Source: Minutocellus sp. GHC0000111
Taxonomy: Eukaryota
DNA length: 64,000 nt
Assembly: GCA_977018835.1 (NCBI GenBank)
Contig: OZ361256.1
Coordinates: forward strand, 868,001-932,000
Reading direction: 5' to 3'
Shown here piece by piece: positions 59,011-64,000 of the stretch (positions are counted from its first letter, which is position 1; each line of letters opens with the position of its first letter). The position numbers and the translations under genes were made by a program. The notes beneath the pieces were generated by a model, which ran no database searches, was not told the origin of the DNA, and saw nothing but the letters and a program-made list of their open reading frames with translations.

Positions 59011-60042
59011 ATGATTTGCCCACGCCTCTCCACCACCGGTACTTCCATTCTGGCCTCTGCCATCGTCCTCTTCTGTGCACTTAGCACATGTAGCAACCAT
59101 CTCGCCGCCGACGCAGCACCGTCCGAACCATACCTGTATTTTGTCTACTATGAAGACGACAAATCATCTTTTTCGGGTTCGCAATGTCGTGCCAATCCGG
59201 TGGGCATCAAGGGATATGCCTCGGGTGACGAAACGCCCGTCCTCGGCGGTGCGGGTGACACCTGCGCCGCCGAGATCGCCTGTCAGATTGACGTCGATTC
59301 CTCCGCCTGCCAGAACGATCTAGCCCGTACCGTCAGTGGATCCGCCGTCACCATCATCACCGCCGAGGGCGACGTACAGGAATGCGATTCGACCAACTTT
59401 GAGATTGGCTCGCCCGAGTGTCTTTTCTTTGACGGGTGTGAGGAGTCCAGCGCCTATCCGCATTGCAACTTTGACATTGTCAAGACGAGCGATTTGCAAT
59501 CCAATCCGGAAATGCTAAGGAACGATGATTTCGGGGATTTGGAAGATTACGCTTACTTGGCGTACTATTCCGATAGTTTCTGCACAGACATTGCCGGTGT
59601 GCGTGGTGCTGTGTCCGATACCACGTTCGAGATTCCCCGTCTGGGCAGCGATGTGTCTTGCGATGATGCCATGGCTTGCGTGCTGCAACCCGAGGGAAGT
59701 ACGTGCCAAACCATCCGGGCCCTTACCAATGATCTGGGGGTTTCCAAGACACGTGCTCAAACCTTTGGTGATCAGGTCTTTGAGTGCGATTCGTCCAACG
59801 AAAAGGTTGGGGAGCCCCCGTGCGCCGTTCTGGATCCTCAGCCCTGCCGTGCATCGAGTACGATTGCCAACTGCCACTTTCGTTGGCTTTCGGCCCAGGA
59901 TTTGGCCCAACGCCCTCGCCGTTTGGTTGGTGATTTTAGCAATCCCGATCCCTTCAATGCTGCGGGTTCTTTGGGCGCTAATGCGATGGCATACATGTAT
60001 TTGCTTGTTTTGATGACGACAACTATTGTGATCTTTCTTTGA
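59011..60042 (+). CDS. Secreted, probably GPI- or tail-anchored Cys-rich protein with two homologous domains
   Basis: Signal peptide. YLYFVYY..C..G.KG..C...AC..C..ECDSTN..C..C.ESS...CNF is repeated as YAYLAYY..C..G.RG..C...AC..C..ECDSSN..C..C.ASS...CHF. Hydrophobic C-terminus. Confidence 0.8.
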   Translation: MICPRLSTTGTSILASAIVLFCALSTCSNHLAADAAPSEPYLYFVYYEDDKSSFSGSQCRANPVGIKGYASGDETPVLGGAGDTCAAEIACQIDVDSSACQNDLARTVSGSAVTIITAEGDVQECDSTNFEIGSPECLFFDGCEESSAYPHCNFDIVKTSDLQSNPEMLRNDDFGDLEDYAYLAYYSDSFCTDIAGVRGAVSDTTFEIPRLGSDVSCDDAMACVLQPEGSTCQTIRALTNDLGVSKTRAQTFGDQVFECDSSNEKVGEPPCAVLDPQPCRASSTIANCHFRWLSAQDLAQRPRRLVGDFSNPDPFNAAGSLGANAMAYMYLLVLMTTTIVIFL

Positions 60043-60406
60043 TGGAATGTAAACACGAAGAAGTGCTTGTATTGTGGATTCAAAAGGGTAAATACCATTC
60101 ATGCACATGTATGTAACGCAAGTCGAAAATAATGTCTTTCGTGTTTAGATATTTGCTTTGCTTTGCTGAACAAGATGAAGAGGGCGCAGGATGATTTGCT
60201 TGGTTTCTCGCTCCTGCTGGCGCTCGGTACTTTCTTGTCGGTACTACCAAACACCCCAGCAGGAGCCATTGCTTGCTCCGGAAAGCGCGGCGTTTGCGCG
60301 CTGCTGCTTGCTTGCTTGTACTCGCCGCCACCACTCAACCACTCGCCGCTTCCAGCGAGGTGGGGAAGCACATAGCCTGCCCACTCCTGTCCCTCAAGCA
60401 CGCACA

Positions 60407-61552
60407 ATGATACTTCCTCTGACGCCCTCCAGCGAAGTGGCGCTGAGTATCATCGCGTACTCGTTTTGCTCGGGCAGTCTCGTGCTCATCAATAAGCTCA
60501 TTCTGCACAGCCTGCCCTTTCCCTCGCTCGTAATTGCCCTCCAACTGGTGGCAGCCATTGTCATCATATATGGCCTTCACTACTGTGGGGGGTGGATTGA
60601 CATTGACCCAATCAAATGGAAATTTGTTTTGCCGTATCTCTTTTATACCATCGCCTTCTCGGTTGGGGTATTTTGCAATATGAAAAGTCTCAGTATGAGT
60701 AACGTGGAAACAGTCATTGTCTTTCGAGCGTTGGCGCCGCTTTTGGTCAGTGTGCTGGACGTTGCCTTCTTGGGGCGCGAATGGCCATCACTTCGGAGCT
60801 GGGGCGCATTGGCACTGATCGCAGCAGGAGCATACGGATATGCGGCGACAGACGAAAGGTTTCAGACTCAGGGAATCACGGCCTACCTATGGCCGACGGC
60901 ATATTTATTCACAATATCGTTCGAAATGGCATATGGCAAGAAGATTGTTAAAGACGTTGATCTGAAGACTCGATCTGGACCGGTTCAATACACCAACATC
61001 CTTGGTTTCCCGCCGATGATATTGTTTGCTCAAATGGGAGGAGAGTTCGAGAAGTTTCACATGCAATGGATCGACGATGGAGTCATCATGCTTTTGAGGT
61101 GGCCGGTAGGAATGTTGCTTGTGATGGGCTGTATCGTTGGTACAGGCATTGGCTACTCGGGCTGGTGGTGCCGATCAAAGGTTTCGGCTACAGCGTACAC
61201 AATAGTTGGTATCATGAACAAATGCTTGACCATCTTGGTCAACTACTTCATATGGGATCAACATGCAAAACCGATTGGAATTGCAAGCTTATTCCTTTGC
61301 CTTGTTGGCGGAGCGATGTATCGTCAGGCACCAATGAAAGGCGAAAGCAGTGCGACTAAACCACAAAGAAGTCCTCAAGCGATAGATATTGCAGATGCAT
61401 CAAAGAATGCATTTATGGAAGAAGGCCGGACAGAGAATGAGGCTGAACAGCGAATTCCACTGGTACAAGCAAAGAATTCCACTGGTACAAGCAAAGCAAT
61501 GATAAGGTCGAGTGGTGGTCGAGTGGGTGCGAAGCGGGAATCCCTTAGCTAA
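60407..61552 (+). CDS. GDP-sugar (mannose/fucose) nucleotide-sugar transporter, GONST3/4-like
   Basis: Multi-TM protein with SLVLINK, NVETVIVFR and VSATAYTIVGIMNK (GxL/MNK GDP-sugar motif). Confidence 0.9.
   Translation: MILPLTPSSEVALSIIAYSFCSGSLVLINKLILHSLPFPSLVIALQLVAAIVIIYGLHYCGGWIDIDPIKWKFVLPYLFYTIAFSVGVFCNMKSLSMSNVETVIVFRALAPLLVSVLDVAFLGREWPSLRSWGALALIAAGAYGYAATDERFQTQGITAYLWPTAYLFTISFEMAYGKKIVKDVDLKTRSGPVQYTNILGFPPMILFAQMGGEFEKFHMQWIDDGVIMLLRWPVGMLLVMGCIVGTGIGYSGWWCRSKVSATAYTIVGIMNKCLTILVNYFIWDQHAKPIGIASLFLCLVGGAMYRQAPMKGESSATKPQRSPQAIDIADASKNAFMEEGRTENEAEQRIPLVQAKNSTGTSKAMIRSSGGRVGAKRESLS
61452..61495 (+). repeat. 22-bp exact tandem duplication in the transporter C-terminal tail
   Basis: gaattccactggtacaagcaaa occurs twice. 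Confidence 0.95.
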
Positions 61553-61618
61553 AGCTATATGCACATACATAGAGTTATGTTGATTCACCATTTATCAAAA
61601 ATTATCAAAATCCGTATT

Positions 61619-63552
61619 CTAAAGCCTCAAGCTCTTTTGCTTTTTGATTTCAACCATGGACATACGCAAGGAGGCCTTAATCATCCGTTGGCTCTCTCGC
61701 ATTTCATCCTCCTTCTTCATCTTCTTGTTTCTAAAGTAGGGCACATGTTCTTCGAGCAAGGCCGTAGCAAAGTTGTTCCAACTGACCGGGACCATTCTCC
61801 AATAAATGGGATATTGTTTCTTGTCGTTCAAGTTATTGAAGAGAGTGGCGGTGAAAACGGCAATGATATTTCCCAAGAGCATGAGGCCCATGAAGACACC
61901 ATCGAACCGTTCGTTCGAAGCAAAAAGCGCAGCAGATGCTCCGGCGGGAGGGTGCGTGATGCCAAGACGAGCCATGGCGGCAATGGCCAGAGCAGTAGCC
62001 AATGGAACGCGGATCCACTTGGCAACGATTGTTGTGGTTGCAAGCTTGACTAGAAGTGCGATGGAAATTGCAATCGTCTGGCCATAGAGAGCATTTCTCG
62101 GCTGAGACGCGGGGGCAGGGGTGAGACCATATTGGAGGGTCATCAGCGCCCCAAATGGACCAAGGACGATGGCATATCCTGTCTGAAGTGAAATAGCTCG
62201 GCTGACGGACGCCAAAATGACGAGGGTGGTAAATGATCCCAGGAAGGTCCACCATACCTGCCACCATGGCATGGCTGGTGGAGGTTGAAGTCCACCTCCT
62301 TTGCACTTCTTGGCGGTCACCTGGGTTTTGTGCTTGACACCATTTCGATCTCTCTTGCGAGACCTTCGCGATACGAAGCGCTAACACTCTTTCGAAGTTT
62401 CTTGGTGCGCTTTCTAAAGCTCTTGGACACAGATCGTCGGAAGGATCTGGAGCTCTTCTTCTTGGACAGCTTGGGGATCTTTTGTGCTTCGACGTCATCG
62501 TCGTCGTCATTGCCATCTATATCGTCGCCGTTCTCAAAAAGCGTCGAGAATGCATAGATGACCTGCATCTTGGCCTTGACGCGACGGAGGGTATGCGCAG
62601 TGCGGGTTTGCTTGACGCCGATGCTCGCCTCTTGGGTGATGGCGTTGGCCGAGATGCAACCGATCAGATCGGCGCTAACGCGAAGATGAGCGTCATTCGC
62701 CTTCTCGGTCAACTGGTCCTCACAGGCAGTCTCTCTCGCCAGATACAAGACAATGCCCCGATGTCCACGAATATCAAAGGAAACTCCTGTAGCCTTGCCA
62801 AAGCCAGCTTGCTCAAGCATTTGCATCCGAAGATACGGGGGTTGGTCCGGGTCGCTAGTGATGGCTGAGACGTTGCGCCATAGACAATGATGATTGTGAG
62901 TACCGAGAAGACCCCAGAAATATCCAGCCAATCCGGCACCTGGAATCTGAGGCAAGGGCGGGACAAAGTCGCTGCGCGTCACGTCTTCAATACGAGCCAA
63001 TGCCCGCTGTTCCGTGGCATTTTTGCCTTTGTAGGCGTAATGTCTCCACCAACCTCCAGGAGCATGATGGAACGACCCATCATCCTCGTCCAAGAACCAA
63101 ACATCAATAGCATTGATTCCAAATGCGTTGGTACCGGCATTGTGGATGGCCGCCGTAAAGGCACGGGTGTGATGATCAATGTCGAATTCGTCGTCATCAT
63201 CGTCCACGTCGCCAAACTCATCTCGGACAGCCGTCAGGGCATCGGCGAAGCTGAGGCTGTTGCTGGAATTGTTCCTCGCGAGGCTGCTGCTCGAGCCATT
63301 GCGACTACTGCCCAAGGTACGGGCAGATCCCATGGAATTGCGCGACGAAGTGCGATTGAGCCTCGACGCCGATCGATTCGCGGCAGCGATGGCGGCAAGG
63401 TTGTTGATGGACGACACGCGACGGTCGGTACGACGAGGAGCATCGTTAAGGTTTGTGCTTGCCGACGATGACGATTGTTCTTGGCCGGAAAGGGACGGTG
63501 ACGAATCATCTCGGAGGGGCAAGGTCCCCGTCGAAAGATTGCGAGAGCCCAT
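61619..63552 (-). CDS. GAF-like domain + HPP-family membrane protein; frameshift near 62340; start uncertain
   Basis: HPP motifs GPFGALMTLQYG, PASQPRN, THPPAGA, QYPIYW. N-terminal IDVW...PGAGLAG..W..LR..AGFGKATGV..GIVLYL is GAF-like. The frames overlap and join as EMVKHKTQVTAKKCKG. Confidence 0.8.
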
Positions 63553-64000
63553 TGGTACTTTGTGCGTAGATCGAGAATTAGCTGGTATCCTGTGGCTTTT
63601 ATTGGATTGTGGCAAGGCATCTCAGCGAGAGTCCAGCGTTCTCCAGCCCTGGCTGAGAAAAAGCCGAAGGCGGCCGGGAAAGTGCCGGCAGTTGATGGGC
63701 AGTTCCGCCACGCACATTTTCCACGCGCACACGTTCGAGCACGTGTCCCAAGTCGGCCGGCCCGTAAAAAGAGGGTTAGTTCGGCCGGGCCGGATGGAGA
63801 GCTATGGCACCACCGATGCCAGGTGCTTGACCACGTACTGGAGATCAGGGACACAAGCTAGATCGATCAAGCGCAGTTGCTATAGTTTTATGATCGGTGC
63901 CGGTAGGCCTACCGTTACCGTTGCTCAGTCCTTATATTTTCTCTTTCCCAGACAGAGAGAAAGACCAGCACTTCGTTGAGAAATAGGAAGTTCCTATTAT

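Overview
This is a gene-dense eukaryotic window with short GT-AG introns, almost certainly from a diatom: there are signal peptide + 'AFAP'-type bipartite plastid leaders, a silicanin-type fragment and putative periplastid-targeted UBX and proteasome proteins. About 22 host genes are recognisable. They include an organellar DNA polymerase (POP) with three SAP motifs, a FAS1 protein, a UBX protein, a CobW GTPase, a very large Nup214-like nucleoporin, PCF11, SF1/BBP, an ERCC6L-like SNF2 ATPase, CBSX3, a glycosyltransferase-sulfotransferase fusion, an SGNH hydrolase, BTF3, a proteasome alpha-like protein, a GDP-sugar transporter and a GAF-HPP fusion. The mobile fraction has four parts. There is a complete but frameshifted DD39D Tc1/mariner element (21876-25337, 22-bp TIRs, TA target site duplication), and an inverted partial copy of it carrying 70 bp of flank that truncates a Kir channel gene. 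There are also a LINE 3' relic and a Chapaev/Transib-like relic. The most unusual signal is strong, patchy loss of TpA dinucleotides (with apparent Tyr->His/Cys drift) in the repeats and in a duplicated pseudo-exon, contrasting with TA-palindrome clusters in intergenic DNA. This suggests a possible repeat-targeted A>G mutator. Many genes carry single-base frameshifts or in-frame stops, several in homopolymers, so assembly error must be considered throughout. All calls are from motif reading by eye; no searches were run.
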